From assembly GCA_943788985.1 (NCBI GenBank), contig CALSSJ010000031.1, positions 73,261 to 137,260 on the forward strand: a stretch of 64,000 nucleotides of DNA, given 5' to 3'. The position numbers and the translations under genes are program-made. The stretch comes from an uncultured Lentisphaerales bacterium (GTDB lineage: Bacteria > Verrucomicrobiota > Lentisphaeria > JABSQK01 > UBA12247). The notes beneath the pieces are model-generated. The model was not told the origin of the DNA and ran no database searches. It was given only the letters and a program-made list of their open reading frames with translations. Below, one piece after another: positions 18,941 to 30,142 of the stretch. Position 1 is the first letter of the stretch; each line of letters starts with the position of its first letter.

Positions 18941-20359
18941 TCATTGTTCCAAATTTTTAGAGAGCTGCGCCTTTAGCTGGGCCACGAGCTCAGGATGCGC
19001 CGGGGCGATGTTCACCGTCTCCTTTTCTCGAGACGTGTGATCGTAAAGCTCGATGTGCCCATTCTTGTGGGCAATGAGTCGATAGGTATCCGTACGAATC
19101 GTGGTCGCTCGACTCTGATAGGCAAGCGCCAGATGCCCCTCGACGGTGGGGTCTTGCAGCATCGCCTGCAGCGAAACACCCTGCGCAAAGTCTGGAGTCT
19201 CCACGCCAGTCAAGTCGCACAGCGTTGGAAAGATATCCAGCGTGCTCACCACGGCATTGCTCTTGCCCCCCGCCTGCTTCATGTCCGGAGCCACCATAAT
19301 CAGCGGCGAACGCAACGCCTCTTCAAACAGGCTTTGCTTGCCCCAAATGCCATGCTCGCCAAGGTGCCAGCCATGGTCGCCCCAGAGAACGATCACGGTA
19401 TTCTGGTCCGCGCCGGTCTCCTTCAGCTTGGCTAGGATGTCGCCAACCAATTTGTCGGCATAGCTGACGCACGCCGCATAATGCCGCCGCACGGCCTCCG
19501 CAAACGCGAGATCCTGTCGTGGATCTCTGCCCCAGCGGTTGTACTTCATGAATTCGCCGGATCCGTGCCAGGTCGTCTTTCCTTCGGGCTTTGTGGCGTG
19601 AGGAGTCGGCGGCAACGCAACGCCGTCATAGAGATCCAAATAGTGTTTTGGGGCACCAAAAGGCAAGTGGGGTTTCAGCAGACCAATCGCCAGAAAAAAC
19701 GGTCTGTCAGCCGCGGCCAGCTCTTCGAGTTGCTTGATTCCTTCCTCAGCGATCAGCCCATCCGGGTAGATTGAGTCTGGCCCCACAGCCGCCTCAAAAA
19801 GAGCAAATTCCTTCGCGTTCTTTGGCCGCGCCTTCCCATGCGCCAAGCCGTGCATAGCACCGACTGGCGTCTTCCATACGCCGACCGGCATCAAGTGCCG
19901 ATCCCAGGCATTTGGCATTTCCACCTTCGCCGCGTCATTCCAGCCCGGCCCACCGCGACCGCCAGGGTGATGCGACACCTTGCCCACCGAGACCGTGGTA
20001 AACCCATGCGAACGAAACCATTCTGGCATGCTCGGCGGAACGCGATCCGGGGATTTGGTAACTTCCTTGGCCCGCTGAAACAGCGCGGCGTTACCTGCTG
20101 CGCCGTAGCGCCCTGTCAGCAGCGTGCAGCGGGATGGCCCGCAGCTGGGAGCGTTGACATAGTGCCGTTGGAACGCACGGCCCTGGGCCGCCAACCGGTC
20201 AATGTTCGGAGAATGAATGTGCGACGCGCCAAAGCAATTGAGCTCTGGCCGTAGATCGTCAATGCACAACAGCAGTACATTTTTGGGCGGTTCCGCTGCT
20301 CCCCCTACGCATGCAGAGAGGCAGGCCCCGAGAATAGTGGCTATGAATAAACGGCTCAT
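18941..20359 (-). CDS. Sulfatase (S1, iduronate-2-sulfatase-like)
   Basis: Signal peptide, [37 protein letters not shown]. Confidence 0.92.
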   Translation of the reverse strand: MSRLFIATILGACLSACVGGAAEPPKNVLLLCIDDLRPELNCFGASHIHSPNIDRLAAQGRAFQRHYVNAPSCGPSRCTLLTGRYGAAGNAALFQRAKEVTKSPDRVPPSMPEWFRSHGFTTVSVGKVSHHPGGRGGPGWNDAAKVEMPNAWDRHLMPVGVWKTPVGAMHGLAHGKARPKNAKEFALFEAAVGPDSIYPDGLIAEEGIKQLEELAAADRPFFLAIGLLKPHLPFGAPKHYLDLYDGVALPPTPHATKPEGKTTWHGSGEFMKYNRWGRDPRQDLAFAEAVRRHYAACVSYADKLVGDILAKLKETGADQNTVIVLWGDHGWHLGEHGIWGKQSLFEEALRSPLIMVAPDMKQAGGKSNAVVSTLDIFPTLCDLTGVETPDFAQGVSLQAMLQDPTVEGHLALAYQSRATTIRTDTYRLIAHKNGHIELYDHTSREKETVNIAPAHPELVAQLKAQLSKNLEQ

Positions 20360-20432
20360 GGCTTTTCCTTTCTGTTCTCAATCGGCTGAGTGGCACTGTA
20401 GCAGCCCGCGCCCGGTGACTGCTTGAAGTCCA

Positions 20433-20504
20433 GCCTCATCGTCGTAGACAGACAGCGCTGGGAAAAATCTTCCACGACAGAGAGCTCACCGAGGGCACAG
20501 AGCC
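20433..20504 (+). repeat. Eroded third copy of the gene-tail / repeat B junction
   Basis: gcctcatcgtcgtagac, then agcgctgggaaaaa, then one arm of repeat B. Confidence 0.7.
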
Positions 20505-20663
20505 TCACACAGGAAACCGTAACGCTTCTCGTTCGTCTCAATCCTGCCCCTTGGGCCGCCCCCTTGAGCCCATGGAGATTCCCGGCGTGCAGCTTGCACG
20601 CGCCTGCACCGGTGGCAGAATATCGGGCACCCAACCCAAGGCATCTGACAGCAGGCAGGAAGC

Positions 20664-21221
20664 ATGGCAAACGTATTGGTATTGTATCACTCTGTCACAG
20701 ACTGCACAGCGCAGATGGCGCGGTACGTCGCGGATGGGGCCGCTAGCATCAAGGGCATGGACGTGAGACTTGTCGAGTTGGGCGCCGCCACTGCAGAGGA
20801 CGTCGTTTGGTGCGATGGCATCGCAGTTGGCTGTCCCACCCAGATTGGCACAGCGTCTTGGCAAATGAAGAGGTTCTTCGATGAAACGCTGGTAGACCAG
20901 TGGGCCAAGATTGATGGCAAGTTTGGCTGTGCCTTCAGTTCCTCCGGCGGTTGGGGTGGGGGCGCAGAGTTAACCTGCCAAACCATCACCAATATGCTCA
21001 TCAACTACGGATTTTTGGTGTTCGGCGTAGTCGAGTACGTCACGCAAACCCACACCCTGCACTACGGCGCTGTGACGGCGAAAGCACCGCGTGACGAGGC
21101 CTCTCAGCAGGCCTGTTTTAAACTGGGCGTACGCCTGGGCGAGTGGCTCGGCGTCTATGTCGACCGTGATGCAGATCTGCATCCCTTGGCAACCCGAGTA
21201 AGCGCACTGCCAAGCAGTTGA
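20664..21221 (+). CDS. Flavodoxin / WrbA-like NAD(P)H-dependent oxidoreductase
   Basis: VLVLYHSVTDCTAQMA, DGIAVGCPT, GKFGCAFSSSGGWGGG. Confidence 0.85.
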   Translation: MANVLVLYHSVTDCTAQMARYVADGAASIKGMDVRLVELGAATAEDVVWCDGIAVGCPTQIGTASWQMKRFFDETLVDQWAKIDGKFGCAFSSSGGWGGGAELTCQTITNMLINYGFLVFGVVEYVTQTHTLHYGAVTAKAPRDEASQQACFKLGVRLGEWLGVYVDRDADLHPLATRVSALPSS

Positions 21222-21381
21222 TCCGTCACTGCGGATGCCGGAAGATCTTTCCCGCCCGCCGTCACAAGCAACGGGACCGTGTCAGGCCTGCGCAATACGG
21301 AAGAGGACGGGAACGAGGAAACTCGGCCTTTTTTGGGGTAAAGGTGGGGAGGCATGGAGATTAGGGCCCCCGAGCCGACCT

Positions 21382-22818
21382 TCATTTCTTCTTCTTCTTG
21401 GCAACAGCTTCTCTCGTCACTTCGGGGCGCGGGAATGCCTTCAGGTAGCTATCGAGCTTTGCCTTCATCCTGGTGCGTAACGCCGCGTATTCCGGATTTC
21501 TCGCGAGATTGGTGACTTCAGCTGGATCCCTCTCCAGATCGTAGAGGCATTCGTAGGGGCCATCTGGCTCGTCATAATAGATGGCAAACTTGTAGCGCGC
21601 ACCGCGCACCCCGTACCAGTTGTTGTAGCGGGAAAACTTGTGCTCGCAGTAGACCTCTTCGCGCCAGCCAGGGGAGTCTTCTCCCTTGAGCAACTTCACC
21701 AGCGACTCACCTTGATACACCGCAGGTTGAGCCAGCCCCGCCCACTCAACAATCGTCGGTGCGATATCGAGATGCGAGCCAAGTTCAGCAATCACCTGGC
21801 CGCGCCGCTCTTGGGGAAGCGTGGGGTCATAGACGATCAATGGCACCTGCAACGACTGCTCGTAGTGGTTCCACTTGCCAGCCAGCCCACGATCGCCCAT
21901 CATGAACCCGTTATCGCCGGTGTAGACAATCACCGTATTGTCAGCCAGCCCTGCGGCTTCCAACTCCGCCAGAATGCGGGCCACCGCATTGTCAATCCCC
22001 GTGATCATTCGGAAATAGGCCCGCATGTTTACCTGGTACTTCTCGGGCGTATCCCAGCGCCAAAAATAGCGCGCCCGCGACAACTCTTTCGGATTCTTCA
22101 AAAAGCCGGGCAGCGCTCTGAAGTAGCTTTCATCATCCAGCTTAGCCAGCGGGATGAAGAGGTCATCGTAGAGCCCGTCGGCTGACTCCGGCCATTGGAA
22201 GTGGAAGCCGGGCCGCTGATCTCGGTCCTCCGCATGTGAGGCATTAAAGCTCAGCGACAGGCAGAATGGCGTATCTGCTGGAGTGGTCTTGATGAATTCG
22301 ATCGCCGCATCCGCACACAGATCAGTCTCGTGGCGCAGCGAGCCATCCGGCATCTTCTTAAGATAGGGGCTTCGGTTGTACGGCTTGAAGAAGTCAAACT
22401 GCGCCTTCTTATCGTCCTTCGCATAGCGGAACCCATACTTGCCGGTGAACCCCGTCCGGTAGCCATTGGCTTTAAGATAGGCAGGATAGCTCGTGGCAAT
22501 ATACCGCGCTGCCACTGCTGGCTCGCCAAAATTGTAGCCATGCGAGCGCTGGGAGAGCCCGGTCATGATTGTGGCCCGGCTGGTCGCGCAGATCGGTGTC
22601 TGGCAGAAGAAGTTTGCAAAACGGGCTCCGTTCGCCGCCAGCCGATCGAGTGTAGGCGTTTGGATTAGTTCGTTGCCATAGCAACCCAGCACATCGCTCC
22701 GCTGGTCATCGGCAAGCAGAAAAATGATATTCTTCGGGATCACAGCTGATGGCACCTGCGCGAATAGCAGCGGGACCGCGACCAGCGTCGCACAGAGGTA
22801 AATTGACAAACGATTCAT
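21382..22818 (-). CDS. Sulfatase (S1 family)
   Basis: Signal peptide, ADDQR, CATSRATIMTG, GDNG, YEQSLQVPL. Confidence 0.92.
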   Translation of the reverse strand: MNRLSIYLCATLVAVPLLFAQVPSAVIPKNIIFLLADDQRSDVLGCYGNELIQTPTLDRLAANGARFANFFCQTPICATSRATIMTGLSQRSHGYNFGEPAVAARYIATSYPAYLKANGYRTGFTGKYGFRYAKDDKKAQFDFFKPYNRSPYLKKMPDGSLRHETDLCADAAIEFIKTTPADTPFCLSLSFNASHAEDRDQRPGFHFQWPESADGLYDDLFIPLAKLDDESYFRALPGFLKNPKELSRARYFWRWDTPEKYQVNMRAYFRMITGIDNAVARILAELEAAGLADNTVIVYTGDNGFMMGDRGLAGKWNHYEQSLQVPLIVYDPTLPQERRGQVIAELGSHLDIAPTIVEWAGLAQPAVYQGESLVKLLKGEDSPGWREEVYCEHKFSRYNNWYGVRGARYKFAIYYDEPDGPYECLYDLERDPAEVTNLARNPEYAALRTRMKAKLDSYLKAFPRPEVTREAVAKKKKK

Positions 22819-23247
22819 AAATTGGTCCGGATCGTTGGCTGTGAGCAGAGAGAGGAGAGCGGTCGGTAGCAGGCCAGCTCGCGTGCACAGAGCATAAAAG
22901 ATTCCTCCTCGAACACAACGTGTGCTTACCGCGATGTTTGCGTGGCACCGATCCTTGAGGGAATTTGCCCCACTTGCGTCGCCTACAAGTGGACCGCTGA
23001 AGCCCCTTTCCTTCTTAGCAGCTAGTGTGGTGTGTCATAAGTTCGACATTGTCACCGACGCGGAATGCCAGGCTGACAAGGCCCACGCCCACCAATCATC
23101 TCACGAGCTCCAGCGGCATGCTGCACAGAGGATTGATTGGCTATTGAAAGTTTAATTTCCAATGTTCTTGGGTTGAGCCCAGCCTCTAAGCGATCCGCTC
23201 TACAGCGCGCCCCTGACCGTAATGATAGTCGACTCCAGACGTCGCGG

Positions 23248-26200
23248 CTAATCGCCTTGCGTACGCTCAATGGCAATCACGATGATTGCTGCGAGATCAA
23301 GCTTCCCGGTGCCCAGCACCGGAATCTCAGTGATCTCATAAAAATCGGCAACTTTGGGGATCGAGTAATTGGGGAACTCGCGCTCCCGCAACGCAGACAC
23401 AATCTCAGTCGGGCTTTGCTCGAGTGACAGATGGAGCACGATCAGCCGTTCGCCACGTGCGGAGTCTGGCACGCCCGTCACCACGACAACCTGCCGGTCA
23501 TCAATCCGCAGAACGTCGTGCATCTCGTCCTCTAGTGCCCCATGTGGAATCATCTCACCACCAACCTTACTGAAGCGGGACAAACGCCCGGTAATGAAGA
23601 TGTAGCCAGCCTGATCGATCCGCGCAAGATCGCCGGTCTCGTACCAGCCGTCCTTAAGCACGCTGGCGGTACGCTCGGGCGCATTCAAGTAGCCCTTCAT
23701 CACATTCGGTCCCTTTACCAGAAGCAGACCTTCCTCGTCCGCGCCTAAGATCCGCCCATCTTCTGTAGAAACTGTGCGGACGGACACGCCATGCAGGGGC
23801 TGGCCGACGGAGTCCGGCTTCCCACACGCCTGCCCCAGCTGGGAAACATCCGCAGGCATATTCACCGACACCACCGGGGACAGCTCCGTGGCCCCGTAGC
23901 CCTCGATTGGAACCACGCCGAACTTCTCGGCAAAGGCGGCGGCTACAGCGGGACGCAAGCGCTCTGCTCCGGTGATGACCAGGCGAAGCGAGGCAAACTG
24001 CTCCGGCGTACATTTGCGAATATACAGCTGGAGAATGGTAGGCGTGGCGAAAAGAATGGTGCACTTGGCCTGCTGGACAATTTCACCAATCCTCTGCGCA
24101 TCCCGCGGGTTCGGGTGATACATCACGCGCACGCCGAGCGTTAAAGGAAGCCAGAGTGTCGCGAGGAAGCCAAACGAGTGAAACATCGGCAACGCGCCTA
24201 GCAAAATGTCTTCACGCTCCAAGTGCACGACTTGGGAGACGGTGAAGGCGTTGGTGTTAAGATTGTGGTGCGTAAGCTCGATCCCCTTTGGGGTTCCAGT
24301 GGAACCACTAGAAAACAGCACAGTGGCGGTCGCCGCCACATCGCGCTTTTCTCGCTCGGGCAGCCGGCTCACCCTTGGCATCATTAACCCACGCAGGGCA
24401 TACAGCCGGTCGGAGCGATCGATCGCCCCAGCAAGCTCGTCCAAGTACAGGTACATCTCACGCTCGGGCAGCTTCGCCTGTTCGACAAACTTGCGACTAG
24501 TTACAATGCGCTGAATCCCGCACTGCGCGATGGCATACTGCTGTGCCTCAGCGGTCGAGGTGAAGTTGAGAAAAACCGGGATTTTATTGGCTAGATAGCA
24601 GGCAAGAGCGCTGATCACGGCTCCGGAGCATGGTGGGAGGACAATGCCGACATGTGGGCCAGGAAGCTCCGATAGCTTGCGCGAGAGCGCAAGCGCGCGC
24701 GTCATCACCTGAGCATTGGATCGCCACTCTCCGCCGGAGTCGGCAAACAGAGGCTCACCGCGACGGCGCGATCCAACTCGCAGGTAGTGATCTGGCAAGC
24801 GATGCTCTCCGTAGCCGCGTTCCGACATGGCGTCCGAAGACAGCAGTGAAACGGCCTGACGGGCGTCGAATGGGGTGGCATTACTGGGCAACTTCTCGCC
24901 GAATGAAACGGTGACTGGCCGAGCCGCCCTGATTCGCCAGCTGCGACGACGACCGCGGCTAAAGACGCTTCCCCACATCAGCCCGAGATTGACTGGTATC
25001 ACTGGAGTCTCGCAGCCCTTGGGCAACATCAGCTGATAGCCGCGCTTGAATTCGCCGATGGCACCATTCCCGGTCGCCTTCCCTTCCGGAAACATACAAA
25101 CCACCTCGCCTTTTCGCAGCAGTGCCTGCACCTCCTTAACACCGCGGGCTAGCGCTTTGGGGCCTTCGCCCATCGGCATTTTTACGATGCCTGCCCATCT
25201 GCGAAACGGGCGCACAAGCGGGTGATCCGCGAAGCTCTCATCGACCACAAAATGAACGTATCGACTGGTGGCAGCTCCCACCAAAAAACCATCCACATAT
25301 GTCACATGATTGGCCAGCAGTAAGGCGCCACCTTCGTGTGGGACCTGGTCGCGCCCAAAGACGCGCATGCGATAAACAGTACGCGTCGCCAGTACCAAGA
25401 TGAATCTGCAGAGAAAATCCGGCAGCAGGTAGAATGCAGTCGTAGTGGCGACCACCAGCACGGCCGCAGCCCACAAGTACAGGTCACGTATCGAGTATTG
25501 AAAGCAGCTTGTTCGCAGAGAATCCAGCCAATCCGGATTCGCGATTGGTTCCGCCGTGCCACCAGTCATAATGAACATCGCCAGCGAGACCAGAAACATC
25601 GCCAAAAAGGTTAGTGCATTCATCATGGCCAACGTTTTCCCGCGCACACGAACCGGGGTCCTATCCTGTAGATATACCATAAAGGGCAGAGAGAAAATTC
25701 CTGAGCCTAACCCGGTACAGGTGATTGAAATCGTGGCGTACCAATGCGCCCAGTGCAATCCTTCATGGCCGGCTGGAATCGTCGGGCAAAGGTAAAGTAA
25801 AATCAAGAAAAACGTCAGCATGCTCGCGCCAATCGGCACCAGCCCAAACTCAGCCTTGTGGTCGGACAACTTCCCAGCAAGGAAACTGCCAAGGCCAATG
25901 CCCACAGCGCCTCCGACCTGGAGAATTGAAACCCAGGCTTTGCTAAACCCCAAGTCGTCCGGGACAAAGCTAACCAAGGATGTAAGTAGCAGCATCCCGA
26001 CGCTCATGACCGTGGCATGCCCGACAATGCAGAGGAAAATTTCGCGCGTCTGCCAGGTAAACCGCATGTTCCGCACATAGTCGGTAATAAAGTGTAGCCC
26101 AGGCCTTTGGCTGATGGTGGGCGAGTGGGTGTCTTCAGTCTTCCACGCCCCGTAGATCCCTATCACGGCCAATAAAATGAAGTAGAGGCCCAGAAAACCG

Positions 26201-26748
26201 ACCCATTTCTCAGGTATTTCGTGATAAATGACCGCGCTGCCAGTCCCGAGAATGATCCCCAGGAAGCCGAACAACTCGAGAATTCCGTTCACGTTTGGCA
26301 GGTCGCGCTCATCGAACGTCTCAGGCAGGATTCCCAGAAACGCCGGCGTAAAAAAGGTGCTTTGCAGTGCCATCAAGGAGACCCCCACAAGTAATGGGAC
26401 CCAGCCCCACTCCGCAACCATGCAGAAGCAGACGGTGGCGTAGATCATCACCCCAAGTTCGCCAAACTTTCCTGCAATCAGCACTTTTCGCTTGTTAAAC
26501 CGATCCCCCACCCAGCCTGAGACGGTGGGGAAAACCAGGTAAGGCAGCATGAACAGCATCGACCCAAGGGCAATGATCGCATTTCGCCGCCCAGGGTCCT
26601 CTTCATTGGCCACAGCCACAAAGGTGACAACCATCTTGAACGCGTTGTCGTTAAAATTTCCCGCAGTCCGGGTCAGGGCAATCGGGAACAGACGCTTTCC
26701 CAGCGGCTGTTCATGCGCAGCGTGATCGCTGCTGCCTGCCTCAGCCAC
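23248..26748 (-). CDS. aas: MFS + acyltransferase + acyl-ACP synthetase fusion (LplT-Aas type)
   Basis: N-terminal MFS (GNFNDNAFK), NHVTYVD/FPEG acyltransferase, and FSSGSTGTPKG, EGYGATE, WYETGD adenylation motifs. Confidence 0.9.
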   Translation of the reverse strand: MAEAGSSDHAAHEQPLGKRLFPIALTRTAGNFNDNAFKMVVTFVAVANEEDPGRRNAIIALGSMLFMLPYLVFPTVSGWVGDRFNKRKVLIAGKFGELGVMIYATVCFCMVAEWGWVPLLVGVSLMALQSTFFTPAFLGILPETFDERDLPNVNGILELFGFLGIILGTGSAVIYHEIPEKWVGFLGLYFILLAVIGIYGAWKTEDTHSPTISQRPGLHFITDYVRNMRFTWQTREIFLCIVGHATVMSVGMLLLTSLVSFVPDDLGFSKAWVSILQVGGAVGIGLGSFLAGKLSDHKAEFGLVPIGASMLTFFLILLYLCPTIPAGHEGLHWAHWYATISITCTGLGSGIFSLPFMVYLQDRTPVRVRGKTLAMMNALTFLAMFLVSLAMFIMTGGTAEPIANPDWLDSLRTSCFQYSIRDLYLWAAAVLVVATTTAFYLLPDFLCRFILVLATRTVYRMRVFGRDQVPHEGGALLLANHVTYVDGFLVGAATSRYVHFVVDESFADHPLVRPFRRWAGIVKMPMGEGPKALARGVKEVQALLRKGEVVCMFPEGKATGNGAIGEFKRGYQLMLPKGCETPVIPVNLGLMWGSVFSRGRRRSWRIRAARPVTVSFGEKLPSNATPFDARQAVSLLSSDAMSERGYGEHRLPDHYLRVGSRRRGEPLFADSGGEWRSNAQVMTRALALSRKLSELPGPHVGIVLPPCSGAVISALACYLANKIPVFLNFTSTAEAQQYAIAQCGIQRIVTSRKFVEQAKLPEREMYLYLDELAGAIDRSDRLYALRGLMMPRVSRLPEREKRDVAATATVLFSSGSTGTPKGIELTHHNLNTNAFTVSQVVHLEREDILLGALPMFHSFGFLATLWLPLTLGVRVMYHPNPRDAQRIGEIVQQAKCTILFATPTILQLYIRKCTPEQFASLRLVITGAERLRPAVAAAFAEKFGVVPIEGYGATELSPVVSVNMPADVSQLGQACGKPDSVGQPLHGVSVRTVSTEDGRILGADEEGLLLVKGPNVMKGYLNAPERTASVLKDGWYETGDLARIDQAGYIFITGRLSRFSKVGGEMIPHGALEDEMHDVLRIDDRQVVVVTGVPDSARGERLIVLHLSLEQSPTEIVSALREREFPNYSIPKVADFYEITEIPVLGTGKLDLAAIIVIAIERTQGD

Positions 26749-26751
26749 GCG

Positions 26752-28161
26752 CTAGGCCCAGTCCCGACTAACAAGCTGTTTCAGAAAGGCGTAAGTGCGC
26801 TCGAACGACGCGATGTGCAGCCGTTCATCCGGCGAATGTGCGTTCTCGATCTGCGGGCCTACCGAGAGAAGCTCTCCCGTCCCCACGCGCTTGCCGATAA
26901 TTCCCGTCTCCAGTCCTGCGTGAATTCCCTTCACCACCGGCGACTTGCCGAAACATTCCCGATAGGCCGCGATCGCATGCGTCAGCAAGGCGCTGTCCGG
27001 ATTTGGGTCCCAGCCCGGGTAATCGCCGTCGCTGTGAAAGCCACAACCGAATGCCCCGGCGATCGTGCGCACCCGTTCCACCATTCGCTCTCGCTCTGCT
27101 TCTGATGACGACCTGCCGTGCATCGTTAATACGATTGCCTCGCCCGAGAACGCAGCGACCCCTAGGCTGGCTGAGGTCCGAACCATCCCCTGGCAATGAG
27201 GATCCCAGTCCAGCACCCCCTGCGGCAAAGCATGAATTAGTTTGGCGATATTTGCTCCCACGCGACAGTGTGGGACGGAGACTTGGTGCCAGTACAACTC
27301 CACGTTCGGTTCATTGGCTAGGGATGCCTGAACCGTCTGGCGGGTACGTTCGAGATCCGACTCGCTGCAGCCCGACACCAGCGCATACGCCTCACGTGGG
27401 ATGGCGTTCTTCTTATTGCCGCCGTGAAAAGAGTGCACGCCCACCTGCAACGCAGCTAACCAATCCGCCAATACGTGAATTGCGTTCGCGCGCTCCTCGT
27501 GAATGTTTACACCCGAGTGCCCACCGCGCAGCCCGCGTACTCCCGCGTGCCAGCCGTCGTGATGTCCAGTCTGCAACTCTACAGGGACCTTTACCTGCAG
27601 ATCCACCCCACCTGCACAACTGATGGTAAAAACCCCATCCTCTTCGCTGTCCAAGTTCAAGATTTGGCGGCCAGACACAATGCTCGGATCCAGCTTCTGC
27701 GCGCCAGTCAGGCCGACCTCTTCATCCACCGTGAACAGCAGTTCGATCGGGCAGCGATTAGCCAGCTTCTCCGTCACGAGAGCACAGCCCAAGGCGACCG
27801 CCACACCGTTGTCCGCCCCCAACGTTGTACCATCCGCCACGACCCAGTCTCCCGCGACGCTGGCAACAATGCCATCACGCATGAAGTTGTGCTCGGAATC
27901 CACGTTCTTCTCACACACCATGTCTAAATGCCCTTGTAGCACCAGCGTGGGCGCGCCAGCCGCAGCGCCCAGTCCCGGCACGCAGATCACAAGATTTCCG
28001 GCCACGTCCACCCGGTGAGGCCAGCCGTGCCCATCCGACCAGTCACGCAAGTACGTGCGGAGCCGCTCCTCGCAACCCGATGGTCGCGGGATCGAACAGA
28101 TGTTCTGAAAGAACCGCCAAGGACGCTCGGCAGGGCCGGTAAAAAGTGAGCTTAGGGCCAT
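26752..28161 (-). CDS. pepD: Aminoacyl-histidine dipeptidase (M20)
   Basis: LQGHLDMVCEK, GTTLGADNG, DEEVGL, NLDSEE, GGHSG, IHAGLE, HSPDE. Confidence 0.92.
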   Translation of the reverse strand: MALSSLFTGPAERPWRFFQNICSIPRPSGCEERLRTYLRDWSDGHGWPHRVDVAGNLVICVPGLGAAAGAPTLVLQGHLDMVCEKNVDSEHNFMRDGIVASVAGDWVVADGTTLGADNGVAVALGCALVTEKLANRCPIELLFTVDEEVGLTGAQKLDPSIVSGRQILNLDSEEDGVFTISCAGGVDLQVKVPVELQTGHHDGWHAGVRGLRGGHSGVNIHEERANAIHVLADWLAALQVGVHSFHGGNKKNAIPREAYALVSGCSESDLERTRQTVQASLANEPNVELYWHQVSVPHCRVGANIAKLIHALPQGVLDWDPHCQGMVRTSASLGVAAFSGEAIVLTMHGRSSSEAERERMVERVRTIAGAFGCGFHSDGDYPGWDPNPDSALLTHAIAAYRECFGKSPVVKGIHAGLETGIIGKRVGTGELLSVGPQIENAHSPDERLHIASFERTYAFLKQLVSRDWA

Positions 28162-28279
28162 AGGCTTCTTCTAGATGGGGTCCGCGACGGGCCAATGTAG
28201 GCGGGACCCGGCGTAACGTCTACCTATAGCGCGCGTTTGCGTGCGATTAACGTACGGTGGAAGAACCGGGCGGTGCCGC

Positions 28280-29242
28280 TCAGTGCCCGCCGCCGCCAGT
28301 CACACCGGTAATCGTCAACACAAGATCACTGATGATCATCAGTGATCCGGCAGCAAGCACCAGCGCGAAATACCGACGAATCTTGGCACCACCAAACTTT
28401 TCAGCCAGCCGCACGCCAACCTGCACGCCGACGAAAGACCCGGCAAACAGGAACGCCACAAGCAGCAGGTCCACATTGCCAACCTGCCAGTTCCCCGCCC
28501 CGACCGGCGTGGCCGTCAGCAGGTTGGCGGTAGCGCCAAAACCCGCCGCGAACATCACGTACAGCGCACTGGTGCCCACCGCCGTATGGGTCGGTACACC
28601 AAGCACGTAAACCAGAAGTGGCAGCATGATGAAGCCGCCGCCAACGCCCATCAACCCGGTCAGAACAGCCACGGCAAACGCCAGGCACAGCGGCACCCAG
28701 ATGCACAAGCTTCCGGACCCGTCCGAAAGCTCGATCGACGGGCCAGCTCCGATCGCTCGCAAGCGCTTTGACAGCCCTGTCTGCACCTCTGCGTCAGCAT
28801 CCGTCTTGCCGCGAGACTCCCGCGCGATCGAAATCCCCACGCCGGTCAACAGTACGAGAAACAGAGACTTCATGACCAAGTCAAGAAGGCTAAACTCGCC
28901 ATGCGCGATCGTGAAGGTCTGCGCTCCGCTGTCCAGAAGGTCCAAGAGCCACTTTCCTAACTGGACGCCCGGCAGTGCCCCAGCGGCCATCAACAGCCCC
29001 AGCTTCACATCCACTCGCCCCGCGCGCTTGTACTTGCATGCGGACAGACCGCCAGTGATCGTGATCATCAGCAAGTCGCTCCCGATCGCCGTGATGAAAG
29101 GGATGCCAAAGAGAATGCGCAACGCAGGCGTCAGCAGAAAAGCCCCGCCCACGCCAAAAAGCCCGGACAAGGTCCCGATCGAAGCACCCAACACAATAAT
29201 CAAGGGCCAAATCACCTCTGTACCGGCCACTGCTGCAGTCAT
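28280..29242 (-). CDS. TauE/SafE family sulfite exporter
   Basis: Repeated GLFGVGG / GLMGVGGG motifs. Start moved to ATG 29242 because the longer ORF overlaps the divergent gene. Confidence 0.88.
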   Translation of the reverse strand: MTAAVAGTEVIWPLIIVLGASIGTLSGLFGVGGAFLLTPALRILFGIPFITAIGSDLLMITITGGLSACKYKRAGRVDVKLGLLMAAGALPGVQLGKWLLDLLDSGAQTFTIAHGEFSLLDLVMKSLFLVLLTGVGISIARESRGKTDADAEVQTGLSKRLRAIGAGPSIELSDGSGSLCIWVPLCLAFAVAVLTGLMGVGGGFIMLPLLVYVLGVPTHTAVGTSALYVMFAAGFGATANLLTATPVGAGNWQVGNVDLLLVAFLFAGSFVGVQVGVRLAEKFGGAKIRRYFALVLAAGSLMIISDLVLTITGVTGGGGH

Positions 29243-29467
29243 TAAACCCCCTGAGCTCCGTGCGTCACACGGTAGGCATCGAGTCTGTGTCGGGAAAAAT
29301 CGGGGCAGTACACTCGCGCAGAGCGTAAAATTAGCCAGCTCGTCCAAAACTGAGTGAAACCCTGCCCTCGGGCATTGACAGAGGGGACCAGTCTCGCTAC
29401 CTTTAGGGATAGGTGATGGCGGCAGATCCCCCATCAGCCTGTTGGCAACGGATCGGGAGACGGCGAG

Positions 29468-30031
29468 ATGGACCAGACGTTTGTGGAAGTGAGAATCGAG
29501 AATATCTCCTTGAGCAAGCTCGGCTTTATCGTCTTTCTGCGCCGACAAGATGGCGAGTATGTCCTGCCGATCTGCATCGGGGCCGCGGAAGCGCAGTCCA
29601 TCGCCGCAGCCTATAACAACCAGAGCTTCCCCAGACCGCTTTCCCACGACTTATTCAAGAGCGTGCTCGAGACCCTAGAATGCACCCTAGAAAAAGTGCA
29701 GGTCACCGAATTACGCGACGGCACATTTTACGCGCGAATCTTCCTGAATAATGGAGGCGGCACCCTCGACGTTGACTCGCGCCCGTCTGATGCCATCGCC
29801 CTTGCCCTCCGCTTCGGCGTGCCGATCTGGGTAAACTCCAGCATTATTGAGCAGGCGGGCATCAGCGTAAACGGCTCCATTGGCGAAGCTGCCACTGGCG
29901 GCGAGGTCGAGGCCGATACCCCAGTCCCAGACAGCCTCTCTGCCGCACTAGCAAAGGCCATTCGCGAAGAACGCTACGAAGACGCAGCCAGGATCCGCGA
30001 CCGCATCTCCGAGGAAGAAGCTCGGCATTGA
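29468..30031 (+). CDS. Bifunctional nuclease (DUF151) with C-terminal UVR motif
   Basis: LPICIGAAEA, RPLSHDL, DSRPSDAIALA, AIREERYEDAARIRD. Confidence 0.92.
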   Translation: MDQTFVEVRIENISLSKLGFIVFLRRQDGEYVLPICIGAAEAQSIAAAYNNQSFPRPLSHDLFKSVLETLECTLEKVQVTELRDGTFYARIFLNNGGGTLDVDSRPSDAIALALRFGVPIWVNSSIIEQAGISVNGSIGEAATGGEVEADTPVPDSLSAALAKAIREERYEDAARIRDRISEEEARH

Positions 30032-30142
30032 GCACGAGATTTCTTTCCACTGCACGCTGCTGCCTACTCAGTGGGGGCCGAGCGAGTAACTCAATAGTTT
30101 AAGCCCCCAAAAGTCACCACCCATGGAAACTCCCTCCTTCAG

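Noticed and set aside
22819..23247. Riboswitch or small gene upstream of the second sulfatase
   Set aside because: No recognisable aptamer or convincing ORF; only a possible GTAG-REP remnant near 23190-23203.
29243..29647. N-terminal extension of the TauE ORF
   Set aside because: It overlaps the divergent DUF151 gene and is not protein-like; ATG 29242 is the better start.
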